DNA of 37,767 bases from Candidatus Desantisbacteria bacterium (lineage in GTDB: Bacteria > JACRDZ01). The stretch lies in NCBI GenBank assembly GCA_016209155.1, contig JACQWU010000323.1, forward strand, positions 1-37,767, given 5' to 3'. A model generated the notes under the pieces. It worked only from the letters and a program-made list of their open reading frames with translations. It made no database searches and was not told where the DNA came from. This document shows positions 18,301 to 22,823 of this stretch, piece after piece. Numbering within the stretch: the stretch's first letter is position 1; the number at the start of each line of letters is the position of its first letter. The position numbers were made by a program, and so were the translations under genes.

Positions 18301-20218
18301 ATCTCATAATTCCACTAACAGCAAGACTTAACCAAAGGCCTGACTTCTCCCCTATAACTAATTCCGGGGAAAATCCTAATTCTATCAAAGTAGATATATA
18401 AGAATAGCCTGCTATAAAAGAATAAATAGGACGATACTTTTCTATCCACTGCTTTTTTTGAAACCTTTTTTGCAGATCCTGATTTTTATCCTGATGCTGC
18501 AAATATTCTATAACCTTATATAGGTTTTGCTCAAAGATATTTTCATTCTCTATGATTGGTCTAATATCATTAAAACCTTTCCATATAAGATCATTAATCC
18601 GTAAACACCAAGGTTGCATTCCTTTCGAAAAAATAACATCCTTTATTTTCAAAGAATCTATCAGGTCATTTTTATTATTTACAATCTTTCCATACCGATA
18701 AGGAAATGAAACTCTTCCCGTGAGAAGTGTTGCACAAACATCTTGAATATTCATATTTGAATAATCATCGCTCTTAACAAATAATTCCCATTCCTTTATC
18801 ATCTTCTCCAGACTTTGTGGAGTTTTTGCCGAAAGGACAAATAAATTATTTGATTCAGACACTCTTTTTTTTCCAGTATCATTTGTTAAAAGGCTTGTGC
18901 ATGACATTTTTTCTAATGGAGAAAATTCTTCCAATAACAAATGGGAATTCACTCCGCCAAAACCAAATGAACTTACCCCTGCCCGCAGTAATAGACTATC
19001 TTCCTTATCCTTCCAATCAGTCAAATCTGTAGCAACTTTAAAAGGTGTCTTTTCAAAATCAATAATAGGATTTATTGTCTTAATATTTAATGTAGCAGGA
19101 ATCTTTCTGTGCCGCATCATTAACAATACTTTTATAATCCCTGCTATGCCAGCAGATGCTTCCAGATGCCCGATATTTGTCTTCACAGATCCTATTTTGC
19201 AAAATTTATTATTTTTCGTATATTTACGAAAAGCTTGGGTAAGCGCCTCTATCTCGATAGGGTCACCTAATGATGTACCTGTTCCATGAGCCTCAATATA
19301 ACTTATTGTTTCCGGATTTAATCCTGCATCTTGATAAGCTGCTAAGATCACATCCTTTTGCGCCTCTATACTCGGCGCAGTGAGCGACAATGCCTTACCC
19401 CCATGATTCACTGCTGAGCCCTTAATGATTCCGTACACATGGGCACCTGCTTCTTCTGCATCTTCTAAGCGTTGCAAGAGGATGGACCCTACACCATCTC
19501 CAGGAACATATCCATCAGCATCTTTATCAAAAGTTTTACATTGACCATTAGGACTGAGCATCCGCGATTTTGAAAACGAAATATATTTCCATTGGTTAAG
19601 ATTCAGATTTACACTGCTTACAATCGCATAATCACATTCTCTTCGTAAAAGAGCACTCTTCGCTTCATGTATTGCTACGAGTGATGAAGCACATGCTGCG
19701 TTAATTGAAATGCTTGCACCTCGCAAATTAAAGACATACGAGATCCGGTTAGCCAATATACTTTCAAAATTGCCCAGGCAATCATAAACATCAGTTTCTA
19801 CATGGGGCGACAATATCTCATGCCGATAATCCACCGTCATTACACCCACATACACTGAGGTCTTTTTCCTCTGCAGAAGAGCAAGTGGTAAGCCTGAGTC
19901 TTCTATGCAATGCCATGTTTCTTCAAGAAGCAACCTCTGTTGCGGATCCATCACACTTGCTTCCCTCGGAGAGATATTAAAAAACCGATTATCAAATTGA
20001 TCAATGTTATCCAGCAGCCCGCACCACTTACTGACACTTTTGTTTGGTTCGTTTATATCAGAAGAATAAAAAGTGTTAATATCCCAGCGATCGGGAGGGA
20101 TTTCTTTAATCAAGTTAACACCGCACACCAGATTGTTCCAAAATTCGATGTAATTTTTAGCACCCGGAAATCTGCATGCAATGCCAATAACAGCGATATC
20201 CTTTATTTCTTTTTTCAT
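386..20218 (-). CDS. Multimodular trans-AT type I polyketide synthase (4 KS, 3 DH, 3 KR, 2 C-methyltransferases, 4 ACP, degenerate AT relic, C-terminal docking helices)
   Basis: 6610-aa ORF. Approximate nt spans: KS1 20200-18930 (AACASS, HGTGT, GHLE); AT-like relic/insert 18620-17480; DH1 17370-16550 (HVVAGQKVLP, HPTMLD); KR1 16440-15100 (GGGGGIG, LRD, GQSNY); cMT1 14960-13900 (LEIGAGTGG); ACP1 ~13660 (GVDS); KS2 13340-12070 (DSACSAS); DH2 11510-10680; KR2 10520-9140 (GGAGGLG, IRD, GQSDY); ACP2 ~8970 (GIDS); KS3 8695-7400 (DTMCSSS); DH3 6840-5970; KR3 5850-4590; cMT2 4440-3390; ACP3 ~3160 (GIDS); KS4 2850-1595 (DTACSSS); ACP4 730-510 (GLDSVTGVEW). No intact GHSxG AT anywhere; KR-before-MT order and LxxIAYTLxxGRExMExR flanking subdomains are typical of trans-AT PKS. 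Confidence 0.97.
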   Translation of the reverse strand: MKKEIKDIAVIGIACRFPGAKNYIEFWNNLVCGVNLIKEIPPDRWDINTFYSSDINEPNKSVSKWCGLLDNIDQFDNRFFNISPREASVMDPQQRLLLEETWHCIEDSGLPLALLQRKKTSVYVGVMTVDYRHEILSPHVETDVYDCLGNFESILANRISYVFNLRGASISINAACASSLVAIHEAKSALLRRECDYAIVSSVNLNLNQWKYISFSKSRMLSPNGQCKTFDKDADGYVPGDGVGSILLQRLEDAEEAGAHVYGIIKGSAVNHGGKALSLTAPSIEAQKDVILAAYQDAGLNPETISYIEAHGTGTSLGDPIEIEALTQAFRKYTKNNKFCKIGSVKTNIGHLEASAGIAGIIKVLLMMRHRKIPATLNIKTINPIIDFEKTPFKVATDLTDWKDKEDSLLLRAGVSSFGFGGVNSHLLLEEFSPLEKMSCTSLLTNDTGKKRVSESNNLFVLSAKTPQSLEKMIKEWELFVKSDDYSNMNIQDVCATLLTGRVSFPYRYGKIVNNKNDLIDSLKIKDVIFSKGMQPWCLRINDLIWKGFNDIRPIIENENIFEQNLYKVIEYLQHQDKNQDLQKRFQKKQWIEKYRPIYSFIAGYSYISTLIELGFSPELVIGEKSGLWLSLAVSGIMRLEDIFGILTDNKELQQVKFYRPAIPFYDHVTEQVLRPYNFNKTYLKLLVDGLSVPQEVLNHFIQKARLLNSSQFTFKKYLEEWNVILKQSECSFMEMLYDDNFLLSGNIYTEHERLLFLVVILSSLQRLDQKWNLSQDQRVLDGRLYELIDLIVDDVLPKEMLFGLLCSKTPDFESIVDILNKRQNNLNLKNPYQYLKDQNQNLSEIFDIHDWIKKALLISGIPATVEKFKFLNLGIGIHCDDTDRSINLGISGDMSANLRKSLLYLWLHGVDIKWETLYQSGIFHKVSLPLYIFDHVSFLVRTKEKGIDKLHPLLHKDVSDARSKKFTTLFTGNEFYLKDHVVAGQKVLPGVACIEMACAAEEIKSRKKVINLKNIVWARPVTISNKSDEIQINLYSSGNTTTYEVSSIGENSQKIMHAQGELVYENLAKSQNEYIDIDVVKKNCIVRKSKKECYEDFQKKGLAYGLSLQSIQELFLNKNEALSILALPETLKEEFQNFIFHPTMLDGVLQTIVGLTAADEILHDQPRLPFSIDEVKIFHPLEDQGYAYVKRIDEDQFNAVFLNNKGLICIEFSHVSLRRYKNPFQDFFVLPKWKFSPLSIKRIESSEDSKDGTNKKIIFIIYSSQSLAFKKPLAKANAKDEVIEIELGDETKHYSKNKCKIKIGDFTALNDCITQFENINTIYFLGGIQTGASDMDDLMYLEESQEEGILSLFRLIKSLSSCGFSQRKLKLKVITNDVHQIQTDAIIRPYGASLFGLTKTIAKEYPEWEITCIDISLENIHKNSEKLQTLVKTILDEPPHHQANEVVIRNDKRYTRIFEPVSLPSVSQTPFKQNGVYLILGGGGGIGLELSRHLAETVQAKLVLIGLSNLSAEQKETISLIESKGGEVLYLKANAIDLDAMKAVVKETKSKFGKINGVIHSAIILRDKTLKNMDEETFRLALAPKIRGSVVLHKALKGEELDFMMFFSSILSFAGNAGQSNYIAGCTFKDAYAHYLNQNESYPVKIINWGYWGSVGIVANAEYKRRLSAQGLGSIEPKEGMEAIKRTLAYRVDQIISVKADKRLYEMMGIDQNRWIELYPLTIPSILETVITQVQPKIPEIDTVLRLLQAFSELEKFSHKLLIYTFQSMGVFQYQGERYYKEDLIMQLKIIPDYYQMFDALLEIQVKAGFIQLTGQEILTNSRLENAELKEELKDNVNMKKQLLSLYPEIRSHVDLLWACIQSYPDILTGKRDYMEIMFPGGDFSLVEGVYKGNVIADYYNQFMATIVSGYIRYMLHKGDVEQIKILEIGAGTGGTSKFVLEAIREYAQKIRYFYTDISVGFTQYGRKRFGVEYPFVEFKALNIEEDPKAQGFEPNSIDVVIGTNVIHATKRIDNTLNQTKKLLKTSGLFILNELIRVQDFITLIFGLTDGWWLFNDSENRLKNSPLIEMENWRGIFESNGFRKAKILGLPNITEDKTAQRIIIGESDGMVLIKENKKPEKEVKERYPEEIKHIGSNYNEKPINIPASANGLREKVMEYVKSIFSEVLQIKKTDMDEQSNFEKYGVDSLIVMELNKNFERDFGKLPVTLLFEYPSAGALTDYFIKNYTNDIKKRFSLERPSFLENSNQIFTTDKVKKEKGLSEMKYGFTKGESENKTMGDKPEDDSKNPDTVHDIAIIGVSGRYPMSESLKSFWKNLRSGKSCISEVPIDRWDWHKYYNPDSRQTGKSYSKWGGFINEVDRFDPLFFNISPKEAENMDPQERLFLETAWSLFEDAGITRKALAEIDYKVGVFVGVMNNNYVRYGSPVAYWSIANRVSYYFNLQGPSIAIDSACSASLTAIHLACESIKRGESQAAIAGGVNLILHSAHYSNLSSMNMLSRDEKCRAFGDDADGFVDGEGIGAVLLKPLKKAIADGDQIYAVIKGSFINAGGKTSGYTVPNPNAQASLIKETLKRANIDPRTISYIEAHGTGTSLGDPIEITGLTKAFKEYTEDKQYCSIGSVKSNIGHLESAAGIAGLTKVILQMKHKQLVPSIHTEKLNPNINFEESPFYIQRELKEWKQPVIKEAGKDKIYPRRAGISAFGAGGSNAHLILEEYEKPNLQARIENQEQYIIMLSAKDKERLKTYALEMHEYLEKNKDAISLADIAYTLHVGREPMEERLALVVSNTKDLLEKLSLYYESKADIENIFQGNVKVSKAQVGILIEGNAGKEFIGSLINDRKIEKLAQLWTVGIEIDKSLLYSGHKPNRISLPTYPFARDRYWISESENIKGISTRQSQIAMLHPLIDTNESTLEEQCYKKVFTSEDSYIKNHIVENEMMLPGVVHLEMARAAGNLAYRKGKVRKLKDIIWVKPVTVTDGMQDVLISLYSNRDKGVVDFEISTTGEVNSRIIYSYGKLVYDEISDNNEFIDIEAIRARCPNIKSRKECYDMFQSVGLQYGSGFRTIQKMYHNEREALSLIELPKELRGEFQDFVLHPSLMDGALQTVAWLMVSNETASMLSVPFSIGELEIKMPLPEKFYVYVAIAENGYSKDAPLNKFHIQLVDEGGSALVKIKDFLPRLFHNKTKTIQGFNDNELLNKERITDLNTHETLYFHGEWEKMELITKETIKAQRGTILFFDTGEEVFNTLNNRIKNDNNTPAVILVKPKESYSDKGNNIYEINPGQPNDYRRLFKTLREKDKMPDKIIHLWSKEQFTNKEDALRNQLDHGIYSIFHLSQGLMEQKIKGKIHLLYVYSSHANELLPQYAGVTGFAKTIHMENPNFIYKIIDLQITKKFKTNLNPSRLLDLILPEFQSEDRKNVEICYKDGSRFIKNYKEFKLTNKANISLPLKKEGVYVITGGAGGLGLIFAEHLARKVKARLVLVGRSDLSNEKQRKLQGIEKLGSKIMYIKADISQKGDVEKFISKARSRFGEIHGVIHSAGVIRDSLMLKKTKENMEAVLSPKVYGTIWLDEVTKEYPLDFFVMFSSIAAITGNIGQSDYAYGNSFMDNFSEMRRQWKEEGKRSGKTLSINWPLWESGGMVVPEDSIAFYKKLTGARPLSNEKGIQVFEDGLISPVSQLIVLEGEGEQIKNALNKDYSADVEYNSKQYGLQEKIQLQEKAEIFLKNIISHQIKLQSSKIQSEDPFERYGIDSVMILNVTRELEEHFGVLSKTLFFEYKNIRELTKYFIENHIERLLEAIGGYNKTGTKGMEEKVYQDNELKRYQRPGRFVHSSEEAENGTEDIAIIGLSGRYPMAKNIEEYWENLKKGKDCITEIPQDRWDYQEYYNPDKEKIGNSYSKWGGFIEDVDKFDPLFFNIAPREAEVMDPQERLFLETVWHTIEDAGYTLARIEKNRVGVFVGVMYSEYQLFGVKESQKGNIIALGSLHASIANRVSYYFNLQGPSIALDTMCSSSLTAIHLACESIRRGESELAIAGGINVSIHPNKYILLSQLKFASSDGRCRSFGEGGNGYVPGEGVGAVLLKSMQKAIEDGDHIYAVIKATAINSGGKAKGYTVPNPNAQASLIKETLKRANIDPRTISYIEAHGTGTSLGDPIEITGLTKAFREHTEDRQYCSIGSVKSNIGHLESAAGIAGLTKMILQMNHKQLVPSIHTEKLNPNINFEESPFYIQRELKEWKQPVIKEAGKDKIYPRRAGISAFGAGGSNAHLILEEYKSLNSPNVTLEGQYIIVLSARNEERLKVYSREIAAFLENKDVSDTDLLDISYTLQVGREPMEERLALVVSNTKELLEKLLQYSEGKSDIENVYRGDIKSNKEKIELLGEEEEGKEFLRKLLNKKKLTRLARLWVNGVEIEWGLLYSNQIPKRIPLPVYPFAKERYWVTDIDSAACSKTISMVNISAVHPLLHQNTSDLFEQRFSSTFTGDEFFLADHVVNGQKVLPGVAYLEMARTAVEQSTKALREDLTGISLKNIVWAKPISVNGQPVHVHIGLYPENNKEIVYEIYSTPQESDVDIVTHSSGIAHLISISEIPILNIKDLKAQCTKSKLSSSKCYELFKAMGIEYGSRHQGINEVLIGDSQMLAKLSLPSFISDTKDQFVLHPCLMDSALQASIGLMIGDDNSILSDDVVYSKPILPFALEELEIFGKCASLMWAFIRYSNGSKAGSIIYKFEIDLCDDKGNVCVRMKGLSLRTMESAIQASVSELPVGNILLTPVWDSIPKPNGDIFPLSTKQVVIIGGNENNRLAIQKLYPNAYALDIESDDTIENITQKLRDYSTIDHVIWIAPYAPLISLADEAIIENQNCGVLQVFRIIKAFLSLNYDTRNLGWSVITIQSQPIHKGDRVNPSHASINGLVGSLAKEYPNWNIRFIDLDSRDEWPIYDMFTLPADSQGEAWVYNKGEWYRQNLLLIDCPHSNQTSANYKFGGVYVVIGGAGGIGEVWSEYMIRNYKAQIIWIGRRKNNPTIQAKLNRLTDLGPAPLYISADASNLDDLQRAYEEIKQRYININGIVHSAIVLLDQSLANMQEEQFNSALSAKVSVSVRMVQVFKREPLDFVLFFSSMQSYVKAAGQSNYAAGCTFNDAFAHQLVLEWPCTVKIMNWGYWGSVGVVSSKAYQERIAQAGIGSIEPPEGMKATETLLVSPMDQIAMIKIIKPLVMKGVNTDEAIAVYENTLPSIIQIIKDKILSTRQIVLKENDAMSEMEEVICRILLEQLQAIGIFTEDQVALADLKIKSGLSEFYDKWLKESISVLVRKHYLHFDGALYTVVDKNRVDINVLWKEWEQKKGQWLKDPNMKAKVILLATTLRGLPDILKGKMNATDIIFPNASMSLVEGIFKDNPVADYFNEVLANVVVDYFEERLKQDPSARIRILEIGAGTGGTSTIVFRKLRRYKDNIEEYCYSDISMSFLLHSEKEYGQENPYLTYGIFDVSAPIAGQKINAGGYDLVIAANVLHATKKIRQTLQNAKAALKKNGVILLNEITNTSLFTHLTFGLLEGWWLYEDIGLRIPGCPGLYPETWQKVLKEEGFGAVFFPAHESHRLGQQIIVAESDGVVRQKLMPKMSIPSVQKKVNAEVRKEQPIEQRYSTTGEIKYDSLRDRTINYIKKLVGEILNIPAHNIDSKTPLEKYGIDSIFIVRLTGALSKVLNNITSTLFFEYQTIDGVADHLIKTQKESLITLVGLDEHEHQKEISHNDEIYVTSSPENHNLPIRKNRRFLKRYNQKTEQTESQNFRFQDIAIIGLAGRYPEADNIIEFWNNLKNGRNCIAEIPGDRWDWQTYFNEEKGKKGKIYTKWGGFIKNIDKFDPAFFQISPREAEQIDPQERLFLEIAYSSIEDAGYTPATLCGSRKIGVFVGVMNGNYPTGSSYWSIANRLSYFLNFQGPSIAVDTACSSSLTAIHMAVESLHSGTSECAIAGGVNLIVNPEHYIKLSEMTMLSSSNQCKSFGNQADGFVAGEGVGAIVLKPLHKANIDNDHIYGIIKGTMLSTGGKTNGYTVPNPNAQTDMIKEALKRTKIDPRTISYIEAHGTGTSLGDPIEITGLTKAFGEYTEDRQYCSIGSVKSNIGHLESAAGIAGLTKVLLQMKYRQFVPSLHSRILNPNIDFKNTPFVVQQELAEWKRPILEINGATKEYPRIAGISAFGAGGANAYVIIEEFIQKKENQLSITITPQNPAIIILSAKNENRLKEQVQRLLAAILEQQFLDANLADIAYTLQVGREAMEDRLAIMVSSIRELEEKLKKFLEGQDNFENLYRGQVKRSKDVLAIIAEDEDIEKTIDTWISRKKYDKLLDLWCKGLNVNWSKLYSDKKPHRISLPTYPFVQERYWLSENNVMPSGSSTSTDAKSIHSLADKKASHLSEDKSRSILSQHPLKTEPAEVIILSNKSEKPNKIKLASLSDNQLPAHKTSDQNQIILPSISKSLPELKIMDNSKPVIQKYNPVSIKLLQEELAISLAKTLYMEHSEVDIDKPFIDMGLDSVTGVEWVRVINKQYGISIIATKIYDYPTIREFAGFLSKELNKSDRTLHVSLESTPSYSIEKVLEQVYEGNLDIEQADQLL
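7401..7882. repeat. Near-identical DNA repeat in the KS3 C-terminal half (copies at 12072-12553 in KS2 and, partially, 1823-2077 in KS4)
   Basis: Offset 4671 bp (in frame); 7401-7591 vs 12072-12262 differ at only two positions by eye, with synonymous sites largely shared. Confidence 0.9.
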
Positions 20219-20241
20219 ATTTTTTCCCTTACACCATATTT

Positions 20242-20350
20242 GGTAATGTCAAAAATTAACCACAGAGAACACTGAGAAATTACAGAGTTTTCTCCGTGTT
20301 CTCTGTGGTTCATTTTTTTATCCTTTTTTCATATTACTTTTGACAGTACC
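20242..20350. mobile_element. 109-bp MITE with 13-bp TIRs and 8-bp target-site duplication (IS6-like ends)
   Basis: Ends GGTAATGTCAAAA ... TTTTGACAGTACC; flanked by CCATATTT at 20234-20241 and 20351-20358; internal hairpin AACCACAGAGAACAC.GAGAAA/TTTCTCCGTGTTCTCTGTGGTT. Confidence 0.85.
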
Positions 20351-20376
20351 CCATATTTTTGAAATTACTTTTTTCT

Positions 20377-21159
20377 TTATTTTCTGTCATCCCAGGGAAA
20401 CTTCTTATATTTCACATAATTTTCAATATTTTCTCTTACCTTCGGATCAGACATCATCTGGAAACTCTCTGATATAGCTCCTTTTTCCATTTCATCTGTA
20501 ATTAACCACATGCTTCTGAAATAGCTCTTTATATTCTTAATGGTAGATTGCTCCAACCTAAATAATCGCTGAGAAAGATATTGTATACTTCTGTCAGGCT
20601 CTTCGCTGACCTCATCAACTAAATGAATATCAAAAGCTTCTTGCGCTGAAATTGGTAAGGTTGTTAAAGTCATACTATAAGCCTTTTGATATCCCACCCG
20701 TCGGATTAAATACGGTAGCACCATAGCTGGCAATAAACCCCATAATGCCTCAGATAAACTGATTTGAACCCTCGGTGTTGCAATTACCAAGTCACTAGCT
20801 GCTGCTAATCCAACTCCTCCTGCCATAACCTGACCCTCAATCTTAGAAATTATTACTTTCGGGGTTAATGTAAAACGTTTGATAGCTTTCATATATTGGG
20901 ACAAAAATGACATACTATCGTCTTTCTTATCTTGCACATTAAACATTGCAGCCTCTTCAAAATCCATTCCTGTGCAGAACACGTCATTTTGCCCCTCTAA
21001 AATTACTATCCGACATTGAGTATCCTGCTCAGCTTTATCCAATACCTCATTTAATTCCTTTATAAAGGCTCTATTAATACTATTTCGCTGTGATAAGCGA
21101 TTGAATGTGACAGTTATAACCCCTAGCGATTCTTTTACTAAAATTGTGTTATATTTCAC
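20377..21159 (-). CDS. pksH: PksH-like enoyl-CoA hydratase (ECH1) of a beta-branching cassette
   Basis: Crotonase motifs FCTGMDF, GQVMAGGVGLAAASD, SLSEALWGLLPAMVLPYLIRRVG and C-terminal FPW. These match the PksH type rather than the PksI type. GTG start. Confidence 0.88.
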   Translation of the reverse strand: MKYNTILVKESLGVITVTFNRLSQRNSINRAFIKELNEVLDKAEQDTQCRIVILEGQNDVFCTGMDFEEAAMFNVQDKKDDSMSFLSQYMKAIKRFTLTPKVIISKIEGQVMAGGVGLAAASDLVIATPRVQISLSEALWGLLPAMVLPYLIRRVGYQKAYSMTLTTLPISAQEAFDIHLVDEVSEEPDRSIQYLSQRLFRLEQSTIKNIKSYFRSMWLITDEMEKGAISESFQMMSDPKVRENIENYVKYKKFPWDDRK

Positions 21160-21195
21160 GTTTGCTCACCATAATATCAATCAACTCCATATTTA

Positions 21196-21270
21196 CTCAA
21201 GTTGATTGACTTTTTTATTTGATATATGTAAATCTATTACGTATCAAGCAAAAAAGTCAGTCAACTTGAG
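21196..21270. mobile_element. 75-bp MITE-like inverted repeat with direct flanking duplication
   Basis: CTCAAGTTGATTGACTTTTTT ... AAAAAAGTCAGTCAACTTGAG, flanked by TATTTA at 21190-21195 and 21271-21276. The right arm recurs at 24600-24619. Confidence 0.75.
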
Positions 21271-21273
21271 TAT

Positions 21274-22563
21274 TTACAAAACAGCTCTTTTCAATAGAAT
21301 ACTTGTGTTTATACCTCCGAATCCAAAGGAATTACTCATTGCAATATTAATATCAGCTTGTGTTGAAATTGCCCTATTAAATCGACATTCATCATCAATG
21401 GGATTATCTAAATTTATATTAGGATGTACAAATCTATCTCTTATTTGAATAATTACCGCAATCGCTTCGACTACCCCTGCTGAGTACAGACAGTGTCCAA
21501 TTAAGCCCTTAGTTGAATTAATCCATACACGTGATAGATTTTTTTTGAATACCCTCCGAATAGCTCTAATCTCCGTTTCATCCCCTAACTGCGAAGACGA
21601 CCCGTGTGCATTTATATAATCTACATCCTCTGCCTTAACTTTAGCTTGATTTAATGCGAATTCCATTGCCCTGACTTCTCCATCCTCATTCGGATTAGAT
21701 AAACGATTGCCATCAAGAATGAGGGATGCTCCTAAAATTTCAGCTAATATGTGAATGTCTCGCTTTTTTGCAGATTCCAAGGACTCTAAAATGAGACATC
21801 CGCTGGCCTGACCATAAATAAATCCTTCATGGTCTTTATCAAAGGGACGACACGCCTTCTCTGGTTGATCATGAAAACGTTTTCCGCCCATGGCACCGAT
21901 GTTATAGAATCCTTGTAATTCCATGGGTGATAAATCTGCTATTGAACCCACTACCATACATGCATCAACAACACCTAATTGAATAAGCTGATATCCCTTT
22001 AAAATTCCAACATTACCACTGGCAGATGCCCCTCCTACAGTAAATCCTTCCCCTCTAATATCAAAAACCTCACTTAATATCCCAACATGATCAGTATCCA
22101 TATAATGTAGCGCATAACTTGGAGTTATGTATTCAAATGATTGAAAAAACTTTTGATATAAGTCATATTGAAAATTCATAGTAAGATTACTACCGGCTAT
22201 AATAATCCCAAAACGGTCTGGGGAAATTGTCACTTTATTGAGTCGAGCATCTATCCATGCCTCTAATGCTGATAAAACAGAACACTGTATCGCATATGGT
22301 AAACGCCAAGTACAATGTTTTGCTTTTTGCAATATTTCTTCTCCTAACAAAGTATATTGCTGAATAATTGATTCAAATGAAAAATTACTAATCTTAGCGC
22401 CAATTTTAACTGAAATAGCAGGTTTAGATAAATTCTCTAAATACTCTATACCATTTTGCCCAATCTTCAATGATTGTCCATAGTCATTAACATTATGCCC
22501 TATAGGACTAATAATTCCCATCCCTGTAATAACAACACGCCGTTGCATATGATCATTCATCAT
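21274..22563 (-). CDS. pksF: Stand-alone decarboxylating ketosynthase (PksF-like, active-site Cys->Ser)
   Basis: FabF-like fold motifs (RRVVITGMG, INAHG, KGLIGH, SNSFGFGG) with TVGGASASG in place of TACASG; overlaps the ACP gene by 4 nt. Confidence 0.92.
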   Translation of the reverse strand: MMNDHMQRRVVITGMGIISPIGHNVNDYGQSLKIGQNGIEYLENLSKPAISVKIGAKISNFSFESIIQQYTLLGEEILQKAKHCTWRLPYAIQCSVLSALEAWIDARLNKVTISPDRFGIIIAGSNLTMNFQYDLYQKFFQSFEYITPSYALHYMDTDHVGILSEVFDIRGEGFTVGGASASGNVGILKGYQLIQLGVVDACMVVGSIADLSPMELQGFYNIGAMGGKRFHDQPEKACRPFDKDHEGFIYGQASGCLILESLESAKKRDIHILAEILGASLILDGNRLSNPNEDGEVRAMEFALNQAKVKAEDVDYINAHGSSSQLGDETEIRAIRRVFKKNLSRVWINSTKGLIGHCLYSAGVVEAIAVIIQIRDRFVHPNINLDNPIDDECRFNRAISTQADINIAMSNSFGFGGINTSILLKRAVL

Positions 22564-22814
22564 TTTAAACCTGACATCTTTTTTTCATATAAAATATCCA
22601 CCAGCCCTTGAATATTAGTAACCTTAGCAAATTCTACAAGGGGGATATTTATCCCAATAATCTCTATTATTCTTACTACTATATCCATTCTATCAATGGA
22701 ATTCGCCCCTATATCCTTTAGACTTTCTTCTATCCTGATTCCCTCGACTTGTATCCCAGGCAGTATCTCTACAATAGTATTTTTAACAATTTGGTAAATT
22801 TTTTCTTTGGTCAT
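22560..22814 (-). CDS. acpK: Stand-alone donor acyl carrier protein (AcpK-like)
   Basis: 84 aa with the LKDIGANSIDRMDI motif (GANSxDR) characteristic of beta-branching donor ACPs; directly upstream of the PksF-like KS. Confidence 0.9.
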   Translation of the reverse strand: MTKEKIYQIVKNTIVEILPGIQVEGIRIEESLKDIGANSIDRMDIVVRIIEIIGINIPLVEFAKVTNIQGLVDILYEKKMSGLK

Positions 22815-22823
22815 AGTAACCTT

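Noticed and set aside
386-20218. Non-elongating KS0, thioesterase or NRPS domains in the PKS
   Set aside because: All four KSs keep Cys and both His; no GxSxG TE, HHxxxDG or adenylation motifs seen.
564-20275. Many short ORFs inside the PKS gene, including three similar plus-strand ORFs ending ISIGSP(R/N)DVPVP
   Set aside because: Antisense or alternate-frame shadows; their similarity just mirrors the conserved KS motif HGTGTSLGDPIE.
21206-21448. 80-aa plus-strand ORF where HMGS would be expected
   Set aside because: Made of MITE sequence plus antisense of the PksF-like gene; no HMGS motifs.
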